Source of the DNA: Fimbriosthenelais zetlandica
Taxonomy: Eukaryota
Direction: 5' to 3'
Length of the DNA stretch: 64,000 nucleotides
Assembly: GCA_977030845.1 (NCBI GenBank)
Contig: OZ365109.1
Span: forward strand, 12,896,001 to 12,960,000
This document shows, piece by piece, positions 34,244-49,384 of this stretch. Within the stretch, counting starts at the first letter, position 1, and each line of letters starts with the position of its first letter. Below the pieces are notes generated by a model, which was given only the letters and a program-made list of their open reading frames with translations, had not been told where the DNA came from and searched no databases. Made by a program: the position numbers and the translations under genes.

Positions 34244-37200
34244 TTCTGCCAGGTACAGGCTCCCACTGCCATGGTAACCCGACGCTGACACACCTCCAAT
34301 GATACCTGTACTATTATAAACCATCACTGGTGGGACTGGACTCCAGGCTCTACACTCAAGCCATACCGCTCATGTGACAAGCCCTTATTAGAAGCTGTGG
34401 CATTTCAGTTTTACTGAACAACCCACCTTTTAAAAAGAAATAGAAAAAAAAATCCTTTTCACTTGTCAAACTGAGATCTGCACCCGGTAGGGAAACGGGA
34501 CAGTTATTCTGCCCCAAGTCCTCTGTCCGTAACTGAGGGCTTGTCAATAGCTTTTGTTATGTCAAATTGATATAACTGTCTCATTGAATAATAATTAAGC
34601 ACTATGGAAATTCACCAGATTTGAATAATGTTGGTTCAAGTCATTTCCTGGTAGATGAAAGGCATTGAATTGTCATAATGCACTTGCTTGTCAACCGAGT
34701 GCCATTGGTTCTAGTGCTGTAGTCCGCTCAGTAGCGCAGCTGCATGAGATTAGATCAATCCACCCATACACAACTCTACATAAGGGGATTAAACGTACAG
34801 ATGATTGTGACATTCACTTACCACCTTGGAATTTATACTGGCCTTTACTAAACTCACCTCTCCTCAGCTCACCGACCACTCATGTGTATATATATGCGCA
34901 TGCATACACATGCAACAAAGGGCACACGAACTTATGTTTGCCAAAATGGCACCCTCATGCTTAACACTAATTCTTACCTGCATTGGTTTTCTATAGGCAG
35001 GATGAGAGATCAAGGGGTGCAGAGTGTGGCAAGAATCAAACAAAGATAATGGGTTCAACAGGTAAAAATGGGTTATGGTATGGCGGGTAATAAGCATGAA
35101 GTGTGGGCTATTCTGTATGACGATCCAACCGTTAGGCTTGGTCGTGCCTGGGGTGTCGGCCCTCCCTACAAACAAGGCTTTATGCCCTTCTATGCCACAC
35201 AAACCATAGCTGGCCCAGTCCCAGGATCTGATGCCCTCTAAAGCAAGGTTCCGATGCCCTCTAACCCCATTTCAGCAACTTAGTTCCTGATAAGGGGGTC
35301 GTGACGGGTTGAATGGTACCCCCCAAAAAGCAGCCAATACATATTCTTGAATGATGGGCTCTTGAAAAGATCTAGATCTGATGGCTCCTCTGTAGCTCAA
35401 AACCTCAAAGGTTCCCAGTCAGCTATTGTTACAGAGCTAGTAATTGTCTGGGCTCTGACTCCTGTCTTTATCTAGATTGAATCATATCCTTCATATCTTT
35501 GTGCTGCTGCCTCGTACAATTGTTGCACTGGCCACTTATTTTAGTGCTATTAGTACGACTCCTTGAGATTCTGCCAAGTGCCAAGAAAATCAAAGCATTT
35601 GATTACTGTTAGTTATAAATTCAAAGCCCCTGATACATTAATCAAAGGGTCTTTACAATAAGGTTCATAACGGATATATCAGTTAAGACACGTGCATGCA
35701 AGAAACTTACTGCCTTGAATAATACATTATTCTAGGGAGTGGGATAAAGGGAACCCCTGTCTCAGACTACCACACCTCCAGTTCCTTATCCCTTCCATAC
35801 ACACACCTTAGGGCTTTTTATTTTGAAGACCTGATGCCTCAGAAAGGAAGCTCAATAAAAATTTAATTGCTTCCAAATTAGCAGCCGTTCATGGACCTGG
35901 CAAATTATTTCCTAGCTTGAAGGAAAACCTCCTGAGCTCTAAAGGCATAGTCTAAAAGTTTTCACCTGACCTTGTGAACCCTGGGGGCTGTTTTCTTGGG
36001 TTATAGAACGACAGGTGAAAGCGTGTTATGGCCAGTATATATATAGGAGCAGTGTTGTCTATCCTGGCCCCCCAGTATATCCCAGATGTGGTAGGATATC
36101 CCTGTATAGCTGATAGCATCAGCCTGGTTTGTTTGACTACCTCAGCAGCTGTATTAGCCCAGTCAGTCTAGCCTCGCCAGGCAGTTTCCCTCCCAGAGAA
36201 AGTCTATGTACTCCAAAAGGAAAGATATTTGTGAATTGGGTTTGATCCGTTTTTGTCCGAAGAGATTTTGTAACGGTAGGGCAGCCTTAAACAATGGTGT
36301 CCCTTATTGCGTTGGGGACCTGGTACCATATGGTTAGGTTGAGCAAACATCAAAGTCATACCCCCCATGGAGTCAACGGGACACATGTAATGATGAACCA
36401 AAATATATTAAATTTAGTTTGGTGACTTAAAGTTAGTGGAAATGTATCAGGAAAACAGATGTTTATTCATATTCTGGTGTGTCAGATTCTGTTAAGGGCT
36501 CTAGACAGTGTCAGGATTTAGGAAGAGTGTGCTAGGCAACAAGAATATTACGTTATTCAAGGCAACTACGTTACGTAAATAGAGGCTTACAGGTACATCC
36601 GCGCATCTGGTCAACCTCATCAACGACTGAAGGAAATTATCACATTGAGAGCTATTGTTACGCACGTGCCATTGTGTGAGTAGTTAATCTCACAAAAGGT
36701 GGTAAACATTGGTGGATTAACATCAGGTTAAAGTCGTATTAGTACTGGTCGCGTGTCATATTCCCTCACTCTGAATGAACATGTCAACCCCCGATGAACA
36801 TCCAGAGTGTGGAAATACAGACTCATAATTCGTCACCCGTTTCGGCCGTTTGGAAACCATGGCATTATGTAAGGGTATTAAAATATTTACTCTCCCCTAT
36901 CGGTACAGTACCGTTAGGCTCCTTATTGAGCAAAAAAAATGGCCACTCGAATTTATAAGTGATTATCAGAAATATTGGCAGCTTGAATTAACTGTGATAA
37001 GAATAGAGGATATCTGTCAATGTATTAAGATATGGTGAGTCATTAAAGCTGAGGGGTTTATCTTGATCCTTGACATATTTAAGGGCAATATCTCAACGTC
37101 AACGTGTCAATAATCCATGTAATTGCCTTATTAGATGATTAGGTTTAGGCTCCTTTCTTCCCTTTCCAGGGAATCAATGGTAGCAACCCATGCCAATTCC

Positions 37201-40200
37201 CCCCATCATGTCCCTTAAAAATGACGATCTGTGGTCTCTTTTCAAGTGCATAAACAAGTGAACAAAAGCATATTTCATTTGGAAAATTGTCCATTCCTCA
37301 GTGATTCACAGGTCCACCTGTCCGGTCACCACCATTGTCAAGGTGAAATTCGCTGCCTCTTTGCTTGTTGCTCTTGTGGTTTGCTCCAACCAGTGCTGGA
37401 TGTGACTTGGTGAATTTCATTCAATCGGAACTTGTGTACCGACCACTTGGTCGGGGGCTATCGATTACGTATTTAGTAAAATACTTTTGGCACCAGGTGT
37501 TGATTCTGGACGGCTGACCTGAAAGGCCCACACGCAGATATTTACCTTTATTCTCCTCTGATAACAATCGCCAGGCCAATTTACTTTCATTACTCAAATT
37601 GCCCATAGGGGCGCCTTTATTGTTCCTGAAGAAAAAAATATTCTTCTCAAGTTCAGTATAGTAAGATCAATCCTTGAAAACAATTCATATTAAATAATAG
37701 AACTTTGCTATATATCATATATTGAAAATAATTTTTTTTAATTTTTAAATCGGAGGTTAAAGTGTTAAATTATCTGCATTTACGGTTGGTTGTTTTGTAT
37801 TGACTTCCCGTTAGACCAACAGGTTGTGATCATTAGCACCTCACCTTCATTTGCCTAATGCTCTAGGTGTTGGTCATCAAGCCCCATTGACCACCTCCTT
37901 GATGGTCAGTTTGCTTCATTACCAACTGGTCATTTGTCAATGCCCCATAGGTCACCTGCCTCTTTAGCTGATGTGGCCAACTCACTTTCATACCTGACCA
38001 CATTCAAGGATTCCTATAATATGGGATACTGACTTCTCTGAAGCCACCTTTCAATGATACGCGTATTCCCATTTCCAAAAGTATCAGAAATTTAACAATT
38101 TATTTAATAATACTAGTTTATATATTCACTATCTATACCCCCACGATGACTTTGTTCAGGACTTCAAAAAGGCCTTTGCATTGTGGAAGCTAACTTTTAC
38201 AGGGTCCTTTGGAATCCATAAAACTTTATGGTCATCCATGTTCTTTTATTGTCCCACTATTTCCTACATTGCTTCCATGCATTGTCATGGATTGGTATAG
38301 TCTGTATTCAGTAGATGCCAAGAGGTGCCTTTCTCTGGTCAAACGCTTAGAAAATAGTACGTGATTTGGCATCCCTGAGGACATGAGTGACACTCTCTGA
38401 CCCCTCGTTATCTTCTTGGATGGTACTAAAATCATTGTTGTTACTCGGCAAAAAACGTGCCTTACAGCGAAAGGTTAAGAGGTGGTTCACGAGAAATGAC
38501 CGGCTTGGTGAAAAATCATCCCTGCTGGACCCAACGGTCAGCGGGTGGGCAGGAGCGATGAACAGTTATATGTTACGGTATGTGCACACTAAGTACCGTA
38601 AGGTGGAGCCCTGGCTATCTCTACCCGTCTTTAGGCTGACCATTTGGTACAACTTGAGGAAATGGGACACTGGGACACAACACACATCCAGTCAAACAAT
38701 GCTATAAGTACTGGAAGTATATATTTGGGTTTTGAGAAATTGCCATATCAAATTCTCCCAGTATCCCTTATTATAGAATTGACAAATGGGTCTATGATGT
38801 TAAGAGAATTTGGTTTTCTCAATGGTGGCACTGCTCGTCGAACACATGCTATAGTTGGTAGCATGCAGTAAAGTACATTGCCGCTGCTTGTGGGACCTTT
38901 CTCCATGCACATGCTAGAAGGTCAAGTGCCACTTCAGGTGTCTATTAGTCAGAGAATAGCGGTGGTCATTCAGATATGACCTCACACTTTCAAAGTAAAT
39001 TGCATTTAACTGTAGATGCTTTTCCCCCTTAACATGAGGTGACCGCCCAATGTTATGTGACCTTGTCCTATTTTAACCCCCTTTGAAGTCGAATCACATG
39101 GACCCATGTTACTGTACTGTTCTACATGCATGCGGAAACACTCGAAAATTAGGTGCTAAATCACTTGAACATGAGTCTTGGTGTTTTCTTTCAGAAACAT
39201 TTTTGAACTAATATTTCTGAAAAGTGAAATCCGATGTCAATCATTGCTTAATTGGTTATGACAGACCGTCCTCAATCTATCTTCATAATAATTGTGCATA
39301 TCGGGGAAAAGAGTCAAGTAGCATTTATCTAAGTCATCCATATCTAGCTATATGGTGGCCTCCTACTATAGAACACTCCAGCCAGGCGGTAGCCTATAAT
39401 ATCTAAATTGATTAATGCCCATCTCACGGTTGGCGCCTGCGCTACGCCTAATTATATCATTTAATTACATGCCAATGAAGGCTGATGTAATTAACCAATT
39501 ATTCGTTCAACTGGCGGACAAAATGCATACAAAAAAAGAACTACAGATAACTATAGGCCACGCTTCTGCTGCCCCACCGCTCCAAATTGATTCTGGGACC
39601 TTCAAAAGATCTACCGCCCATTTTGTATGGATGAGACTAATACCTCCCCCACCTCTCTTTGTGCTTTATTAGCCACACTGTAAATCTCAACTCTTCCGTT
39701 AATCGACTTAAATGATTAAAGAATTTTCTGTGGATGCCTAAAAAAATCCACTATGGATGGATTGGAATTCATTTACAGTATAGTCCTTCTGTATATTGAA
39801 AAGCGTGGCTACTCTGTGTGAAATCGGTGAAAAGACATCCCAGCACGCGAGTTTGTATATCTATTAGATGGGGACAAAGGATATATATCCCACTCATTGG
39901 ACGCTCACAATGTACCAATCATCTTTCCGCGCAGTCACATTTTCTCTCTCAAAACACACCAATAGAACACGCCTCCGATATGCAAATTACCTCCACTTCT
40001 TATAATATAATATGTTTGAGGTGGTTGTATGAATTAGCCCTCATATATAGCTCAGATGTTTATAATGGAATTTCATTTTCAGCTATTTTAAGATGAACTA
40101 TTTTACTACAATGCGTGAAATTGGAGCTTTATACAGAATTTATTATACATTTAGGGTCTATAAAATAGGTTGATAATTTGCATGTAAATGGCGGTCATTT

Positions 40201-43200
40201 GACAGTGGAGATACGCACCATATCTTTCTTTGTCTCCCGGGTTCATTTCCTTTTATTAAGCGAGTTTTTATGTGGATTAATTGCAATCTAATGACTGATT
40301 AACTCAATTTGCATATGAACTATGAGGAAATGTTTGAATTGCAAACAGTGAAAGGCTTAATTCTCTATGGGTCTTTACATGGTTAGAAATTACACCTGTT
40401 CTTCCCATTGAAGCCTTCCTCCCTATCCTTCTACCCTTACACATAATGAAACATCTTCTTGAAGATAGCTTTATCATCATATACAACAAAGCTTCAAAAA
40501 GCAAACTCAAAGGCTTCACACAAGATAAGCGCGAGCCTGATATGTCCAAAGCTATAGAATCTTCTGTAATGGTGTGCAAATTTTCCCAACAGTCTTGTGG
40601 GGGTGTTGAAAGTGGGTATGTATAAGTGAAGGAAGTATTTTTAGGGGACTGGGCCCCCTTGTGGATGCACTATCATTATGAGATGCACCTGTCTGGTCTA
40701 GGGTGAGACCCGAACAAGGACTGAGAGTGAATGGCAATGGCCAGGTGACGGGAACAGGTGCCTGCGGAACCCCACTCCTTATCTTCACACTTCCTTTAAG
40801 CTTTAGCTCCCTCAATGAATCCCATGCAGAATGCGGGCGTTTTGCAACTGTTAGCCCTGTAGGAAACCAGGGTGGGATAGGTCAAATGGAAGAACATTTC
40901 TGTCATAAATTATAAATCCCATGATGACACGGGTCATTCTGCTCATTTTTCCACCAAAAAAATCTAGGCCACCTTTGGAAAAGTCCTCTCCTCCCTCCCT
41001 CGAACCAACAAAGAAAGTGCAAGGCAACTTTAAACAGTGTGTAGTGATTTAAAGCATGTGAAGCCATTTTAATGCAGTCCCAGTGACCCGATTACTCTGT
41101 TTGGTGTTGGCGCCTTAAACTTTGTTTCTCTTTAAATGCCATCATTTTGTGAATGAAGTGTCTTGATTGATTCGCATGGAGTTTCACAAAGGCACATTAA
41201 CATGGTCAGATGAGGTGTGTGAAATCCTGCACTCATGTCACTGTTAAAATGAGGTTCAGGAGCATGGCATTGTAAATACAATCTTTAAGGTGAGGAAAGC
41301 AAGGAGTCCTCACCTTTCTCAAGTTAAAGCTGCACGGTCTGATTATTTCTCTAATATTCCATACACCGCCTCTGAAGTTATTTTCAAGTGAAATGCTACA
41401 CAGACAGAGGCCCTTCTCAGGTTAACCATACAAAAGTATATCATTTATAACGTATATAGCCGGCGGGGAATTGAAAAAGTACACAGGTAACCATCAAAGG
41501 CGAAGATCAAAGAGTTGGTGGGGGATGGCGCGCGCTTTCCCTCAACCTAAACAGGCCACTGCCTGCCTGCTTCCTTCCTCTCACTATGCTAATCACCGAG
41601 GTGAAGTCTAATTAATCAATTAAGTGAGCAACCATTGGCCACACGACTATCAGGCCTGTGTACATACCTGTGCTGATTTCAGTGGTGTTAAGATGGTCTC
41701 TTTACTCAAATCAGGAGAGCTTCCTAAGACAGGTGGCTGAGATATGACCACAGGCATGCCACACGTGGATGCTTATTACCACGCTTAGAATAGAGCACTC
41801 CCTCAGTCTTTATCATAAAAGCAAGGATATCTCACTGATTGTGGAGCTTGAGGGGAGTTAAACGTGAACTCACTAATCTGACAGATGTGAGATATGGGAG
41901 AAATATTGAAGGATAATTATCCGCCATTATTGAAAGGTAGGTGCCATCCCGTCTCTGGCCAGACTGACTCGAGCTTTAAACTGCTGTTGATACTTTTGAT
42001 ACTTTTGTATTTTCTGAGCTCTCGGCTAAATGGTCAGGCTTTTATCCTGTCAGTTAAAGTGTCCAACAGATGTTGGGGAAAAAGTAATGTTTTCACAGTG
42101 CTTGGTTCAGCTATAATGGTGCTCTCAGAAGTTCACATGAGAAAAAACCCATCGTAAATTCATTATTATTAATGCAAAGGATTTTAATCGTGTACTGCAG
42201 GGTTGGCTTAACATTACTATAATATCGTCTAACTGATATTCAGTTTTGAATTTTGGTCGTTTGTCGTAAATTTGTCGTAAATTTCACATGCATAATGGAC
42301 ATGGATCGTTGAGGTTTGAGGGCAACATGTTATTTTTTTAATCTATAGTCACCAAGAAATTTCTATTTTAAATTAATAGGCACTGTGTTTGAAGGTTATG
42401 CTCCAGATGTCGTAATGATTGTAAGCTCACAAGAGACCAACAGTCTAAAAAAAAATAAAACAAACATGGCTTAGAATGTAGCTGAGCTTGTTTACAAAAT
42501 GCTGACGTGAATGACATTGTATTAAGCACGTGTTTTGCCCTCATCTCATGACGACAAGTTTGATGAAAAAACGATAGAACCTAGTTCCTAGCCTTGTCAC
42601 CTGTCAAAATGTGAACAATTTCCTTTTGAATTATTCTGTAGGTAGTGTAAAATAGCGCGTTTTTTAACACTTACTACTTTGTACCTGGTGTCAATTGAAC
42701 AAAAAATGCTCCGGGTCATTTCCATATCTTCTGTGAATTTTTTAACAAAGTATAATTTTATGTTCGTAATAAATGCATAATAGAAACCGGCCAACATTGA
42801 CTACCAATATGACAATAAGTAGAACACGTGCCCTTACCGTATATAGAATCATGATATAGGGCACTATAGATATTGTTTATTTTTAATTTCATAAATTTGT
42901 AAAATCATGCATGATCATTTTACTTCCCGAATGAATAACATATGGAAATGTAAAGTTATTTAGCTGGGAGTAACAAGTAGATCGGAGTCTGGATAGTTCA
43001 CTTTTCATGGGGTTAGACAGGTTCTTTCAGTGCACGTCAAAATGACCAGCACATTCATTGTAATGCCTTTTCATGTCCATATCTCAACCATCATCTCTGT
43101 TTGGCCAATTGCAATATGAAACCCGATACCCAGTGGAAAAAGTCAAAGGCATTTTCCGCCGCTGGACAAATATTTTTCAAAACCAGCTTTGTATCCAACC

Positions 43201-44922
43201 AGAGGGATTTTTCCATTCACTGCGGAGTGCCGGAACCTGCGAGACATGACCTCTGAACCGCTGGGTGTAAAATGTGGCGACGAAACGTCATGGCTGCCAG
43301 TGTCGTACATGTGTGTGGAAGCTTATTATAGTGGATAATAGTGAGATCAGATTAAGGTTATAATGTGATAGAGGTGTGTTTATTAGGCTGATTTGCTCAC
43401 TTCGCCAATCCTGGGCTGTGATAAGGGCAATGACATGTCTGGATATTCTGCAAACATAGTAAACTGTCCCAAAAATCTATATGTCAGATAGTGTTCATTG
43501 AAGATATTGAAGGTTCCATGGATACTCAGTGGCATAGAAATAACACATTTTTAGAAGAAAATGGCCAGCTAACAAAAGCTGCCATGGTTTCAACTTGAGC
43601 TGGCAATCGGGCATCATATTACTAGCTTGCCTATTTATGACACTTCCATTTCCTGCCAGTCAGCGCTAGGTTTCAAAGCAAACAAAAATGACACCCGACT
43701 ATTGTAGTTCATAAATCCCTGACGACCTTTTTTAGATCAAACTTGAATGGTCAGTGATAACCCTGGAACTGACCATGTGATTGACGCATGGTCAATGCCA
43801 GGACACCGCCTCAGGGTCTGTGCAGTGGTCAGAAAAAAGATTGGACATAACCATATTACGACCGCGTCGGACCCATGTCAAACGGCTTAGGTTAGATTGC
43901 ATTATGTTTACTATACTGTTTAAATGCCCTGTGGGTGTGTTTCTTCATAATATTGAAAGGTGCTTATATTCTACCCCATCATGGTTCCTACCTTTAAGGC
44001 AGAGGGGTATTTGGTCAGGAAAAAGTACTATTCATTGATTTCTACCACAATATTTGTTCATTTTCATGAAGCCAATTGCAATGCAATTACAGCCAACAAT
44101 CCATTGCTTGAATAGCCACATGAATTGGTTTCAAGTTTATGAAGTATTTTGACACTTGGAACTTGGCATTTAATTGGAACTTGAAAGTCACTTTTATGGA
44201 AATGTAACCTCCCAGGTTCAAGGCCTGTAAATATGCTTTGGTCCATGCCACAATTCACGTGCCGGTGACTCGGAAGCGTGCATACACTTTACTTACAGAA
44301 TTATTACTGACATCCTCATGAATGCAATGAATTCCCTGTGTACCGTTAGACCAAGGCTCTTTTTTCCTGTGCTCAAAAACGCTTGACTAATGGTCACTCA
44401 ATGCCTTGACCACTGGTCAGTGAATGTCCAGCCAGATTTATAGACCCTTGATGGCAGCTTGAGTTACACCTGTATAGGTAGATGGTCAGCCCCTTGGTCA
44501 GCTACAGGTCAGGGGTAGTGACCACTGCGTTGGTCATCAGTCTCCTAACACTAGACTTGCAAAGCCTCATAGATTATTTTTTTATCCTTACTTGATATTT
44601 TCAATATGAATTGGTGAGACCTATGGGGAATCTATATGGATGGAAATATATTATATTGCCAAAATATTTTAATATGTTTAATGAAAATGTATGGGATTAA
44701 ATATATTTAAATATTTCCCTGAGGTGGTCGAGTGGCAAGACTAGCTGTCCAGCACGGTGGTCACTTGTCCTGCTCTCTACCTTGACCACAGTTTGACCTT
44801 CGCCGCCAGATGTCCTTGTCACCGTTATGTGCCCATATTCCGATATTCATCATCAAGTTGGGTTAGTGGGAACAGTGAAAGTTCTGATTTAACATCATCC
44901 TAACTCTCATTGACAGAGCTAT

Positions 44923-44961
44923 AGTTTTAGCAAAGCTCAGCTCAGTTTTAGCAAAGCTCAG
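44923..44961. repeat. Tandem duplication, period 21
   Basis: AGTTTTAGCAAAGCTCAG at 44923 and 44944. Confidence 0.9.
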
Positions 44962-45107
44962 AAATAGTTCTCATTTCTCCACCAGAACTTTTTGCCCACT
45001 TTGTCACTTGCGTATTTAAGCAAGAGAATTTATTGAAAATATGATTTCTTTACTTGAATATTTTGAATGCATTCAGTTTTGTTTTTAATCTTTTTTAGCA
45101 TTACCTT

Positions 45108-45149
45108 TTGGTCAAAGATGGACTAATGGTTGGTCAAAGTTGAACTAAT
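45108..45149. repeat. Tandem duplication, period 22, containing TGGTCA
   Basis: TTGGTCAAAGATGGACTAAT and TTGGTCAAAGTTGAACTAAT (two mismatches). Confidence 0.85.
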
Positions 45150-48100
45150 CCCTGGTATAGGCATGTACACCTTGTTGAGCTCTCACTCTCCTGGTCAAGC
45201 CCTCAGTGGTCTGGTCAAGCTATGTCAGGAGGGGTTCCAAGGTGAGGTATAGAATATGATGAGGGGGGTCAGGAGGATGACAAAATCCTGTCATCCTTAT
45301 CTGACCACATCAAGTCTCGTGAACCGTCTCAGATTTACTCCACTATTGTGGTTTTAATAAGTGATGGACAAGCTGGCCTTCCTTATGCTTCCTTATGACA
45401 GCAGGAGATGCTTCCCTCTGACAGCCTGGCTTTACCAATGCATCAGCCTGACAGTGGTAGACAATACTCACATTATACTCACAAAGAACCATAGAAAAGT
45501 ATAACCTTCTGATTATTGATAAAATGTTGGTAGTAACAGTGTATGTTGAACCGCATCTGCCCATAATTTAGGTTTCCATTGGAACTCAAGAGAAATTGTA
45601 GCCAATTAAATGGAGAAGGGTTATCTAAAAAGAGATGCGCGAGGACTGTATTGGTGGGGATATTCGTTAGCTGATAAAGTTTAACGGTTGGAGTAGCATG
45701 CCATATTATGAATGAATGCTGGAATCTATCGTGAATTTATCAGTTTGGAATCAATGAGACAAATATGTCCTTTAATTTTGACAACCTTACCTCGTGACCG
45801 GAAAGATGTGACCTGTCAAAATAAGAAAGGAAATAATAATTATTTTTAGTTTTCTAAGACCGGTTTACAATCGTCCCTAACATCATCGTTAGTGGCATGG
45901 AGTTTTTTTTTCAGGCAGACACATGAATAGTGTGCTGTATACTCTCTTTTTTATGCAAGAGTGTCCAGGGGAGGTGATGTATATTGTGGGTCAAGGGGGC
46001 TTTATATACCAGCATGTAGTAATGCTCACGGTGGAACAGGTGCACAGAATAGATTCTACCCCTACATGGGGATAACACTCCACCCAACCATTCATTCACA
46101 GCTCAAAACCAAACCATGAAATATTCTCAATTTCCTCATTTCAAATTGATTCAGTTTAAATCGTCTTATCTGGTCAAGGAAGCAGGAAAAGACAGGTAGA
46201 TTCTTTTAAAAAAGAAAGGTTCAATGCCATGTTTGATGTGCCTCTATGGACATCAGTATAAAGTTATCTGAAAGGCCAGACGATTAGCACCCATTCATCC
46301 CCTCACACCAGCGCACCCATTAAAACGACAGGTGGTTCAACCCGTTACTGCACCCTCCCAGGGGTGACCTGCACGCGCCACCTAGATGCAGTTGTGGCAA
46401 ATTTCCCATCAAAATTATACACAGACCCAACTCGAATTTCCATCCTCTCAGATTGCATAATTATTATGACGTACAATTATGCCTTTCGCCACTTGTTCAT
46501 GGTCCCAGGTCAATGGACATTATAATAAGTGACTAATTTGACAAGGGAAGGACTTGGGCCGACAGGTTTAGGGTTTGTGGGTTGTTGCCCAACGGATCCT
46601 AAAGTGTAATGAAGTGCTCTGTGTGAATGGAAAGTGCCGTTGATGTGTTGATTCAGATGGAAGTAGAGTGAGGGTACAGCTGGGTGGAGAATAGAGTTAT
46701 ATATATGTAAGGAGTGAGTGATGAGCCTTGAGGGACACCACGGCACCTGCCACTTCCGATGAGGATGCTTCCTACTGAACACCAGCTGAGAATGAACGCA
46801 AAGAACCGTGCATACATATATTACAACTAGATCTTGGGTTCACTTGTAAGTGTGTCACAATATCTACCAGGCATTGGGAAGATGTGCCTTGTCCAAAAAA
46901 GTGCCAGAAATCTGAGGGAAAATAGGCAAATAAATAATGCTATTCTACATAGAGATGTTATATTCAATACAATATGATGTTCTATCTACCAATCTTTCCA
47001 AGAAGGCTTCCTTTCCTATAATGCTGCACAGGAATCCTCATTATATTGCATTATAGGGTAAAGTCCCCTAAAAGGGATTTGTGCACACCTTTTGCACTTT
47101 TTACAGGTATGACCTCATTGTCTTGCTCTGTATAGTTGATGAAAGGACAAAATCTCTTAATCTTTTCATCCTAAAACTTGGGTTATCACAGGGAAGCCTA
47201 ATTCCTTGTTCTATACCACGCACCTGTAAACCCGGGTTTTAACATTAGTAGTTCACCGGCCGTTCAACCGACACGTGCCTTCATAAATCGTTATTCCTAT
47301 GGCCCCTTCATCTCTCCATGGCAACCAGGTATTCTAACAGGACAATCGTCGCTATGACAACAAGCCCGTCATGGCGTCTCTCGAGGGCGTTGCTCGAGAC
47401 CCTCTTGCCACCATCAACACCAATCGATTTTGGTTGCCATTGTCTCTCCCAGACAACGGCACTTCCTAGGCCTCTAAACACTCTACTCATAATATGTGCT
47501 AGTTAGCTCGCTCATCCCATATAGATAATGTCCATTAGGTCTTATCTATTGTTATACTAATGGACCTGTGCATCTTTGAAATGCATCTGCTCAATAATAG
47601 CACCTTCTGTCGATCCATAACAATGTCTTTCGTCTATCCATGACTTAATAGAACAATTTAAACATTTCTTATTGAATAATGATCATTTGAAAACACTACC
47701 CATAATGGATAAATTGAGGGAATTTAGAAAGTGCTGACAAATTAACAAATTATACCTATTGGCTCATGGTGGGGTAGTGGGTGGGGGGGGGAGGCATTGG
47801 TCATTTAAGAAAGTGCAAAGAGTTAATCTAACAAGAGACATTTACACGCCAATAGACACTGGCTGTGTCCGGGAGGGCATAACGGTGAGAGGGGGTCTAT
47901 AAGACCCTCGTGAAGCTTGCTTCCCTGCTGGGAAGATCACCACACTGCCTCCCACTCCACATTAGCGATCCCGTACCTCTCTCATGCCGGTCAATTACGA
48001 TTTTCTCACGCCACCTGGTCGATTCACCTGCCAGCTCCCTCCACCACCGCTAATGTACGGTACTTGATGAATATGACCAGGGGCTAGCGCGTGGACAGTA

Positions 48101-48222
48101 TATATATATATGACCATCCCAGAGGATTGGCAGCTATACATATCTAATCCAGAGGGGGACACCTTGAGCATATTTAAATATAAAGGGGCACTGACCAGGG
48201 GTCTATGGGGACCTATTTACGA

Positions 48223-48254
48223 GGGGTGGGCGTGGGGGTGGTGGGGGGTCGGGG
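48223..48254 (+). other. Potential G-quadruplex (five G-tracts)
   Basis: GGGG T GGG CGT GGGGG TGGT GGGGGG TC GGGG. Confidence 0.6.
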
Positions 48255-49384
48255 TGTTGTCATTAGATGTCTACCTTGTAGGGGATCACAGATGTACTTG
48301 TGACCATTGAGCTGACCACATCAGTTCTAAGACATACATTTGAGGCATACAAGATTAGGGAGTCAGATGGTATAGGCCCTTACTTAGTATAGGACTTATC
48401 GCCATACCGACCAGACGCGTGAGGTGGGTGCATTTTACAATCAAGGAATCTTGGAATATATTCTGGATCTATATTATCTTTGAGTATACTAATACTAGTA
48501 TGTTTGTCTATCCATCCAGGACTTGTTAAATATCTATATTACTTACTTGGATATATAATTTAAATTCACCAGTCGATCTGGATTCGGGTTTCAGGTACTG
48601 AGCGATTTCATTTACTCTAGATCACTAATGTAGATTTAATGATTTTAATCTAAGATGGTTCCATTTAGGATTTTCTAATCCTACCACTTGTTGCTTAGTA
48701 GAATGTTAAGTTTCACAGTCATAGGCTCGTGAGTATTATACAAGATTGCCCCTTTGCATCAGGCACTGGAGGAAAGTAGTTCATGGAAATGAATGTCATG
48801 CCCAGGCTAGGATGTATCATTCTGCTGCCTAATGTGTCTTGTATTCAATACAGTTATATTTTCTAAAGCCAGCCACTGAGAAATGGCCCTAGACATTTTA
48901 TATCATAATAATTTGGTGCATATAGGCCTATGTCTTTGGAGGAGTATTCCTAAGCTTCTTGGGTTTCTCATCCCACTTAAAGGTACCTCATATTTCATGC
49001 CTGCGTGGGACAAATTTAGTGTTGACACTGCTCACTAGTTGTCATGTGGCGCTACCGCGCTGACCCAATGCTGGTGGCGCCCTCTTCCCTGTAAGTCTCG
49101 CACTAGAGAGGGGATAGCTACACAGGCTGTGGAGGCCTGAATGTGGCTTTGTGAATCTAATGTCCCTACGGTTAGAAATCATGGTTAATTTGAACAGCTA
49201 ATATTTAAATGCAAGAAATAGTTTTATACATATTACATACTTATTAGTCGGTCTAACAGATTAATTTCTCTATGCCTCGTGGGGTGTTCGATGCAGTTGT
49301 CATGCTTGTGGAAGCATACACCTTTAATTGTTCAGTAAAAATCGGAAGGGAATAGATAATAGACAAGTGGACATAATAACCGTG

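Noticed and set aside
43250-43300. CTGAA...CGAAACGTC as a Penelope-type hammerhead ribozyme
   Set aside because: The CTGANGA core is not present and no stems form.
44721-44780. A-box-like TGGTCGAGTGG as a SINE head
   Set aside because: No B-box at the expected distance.
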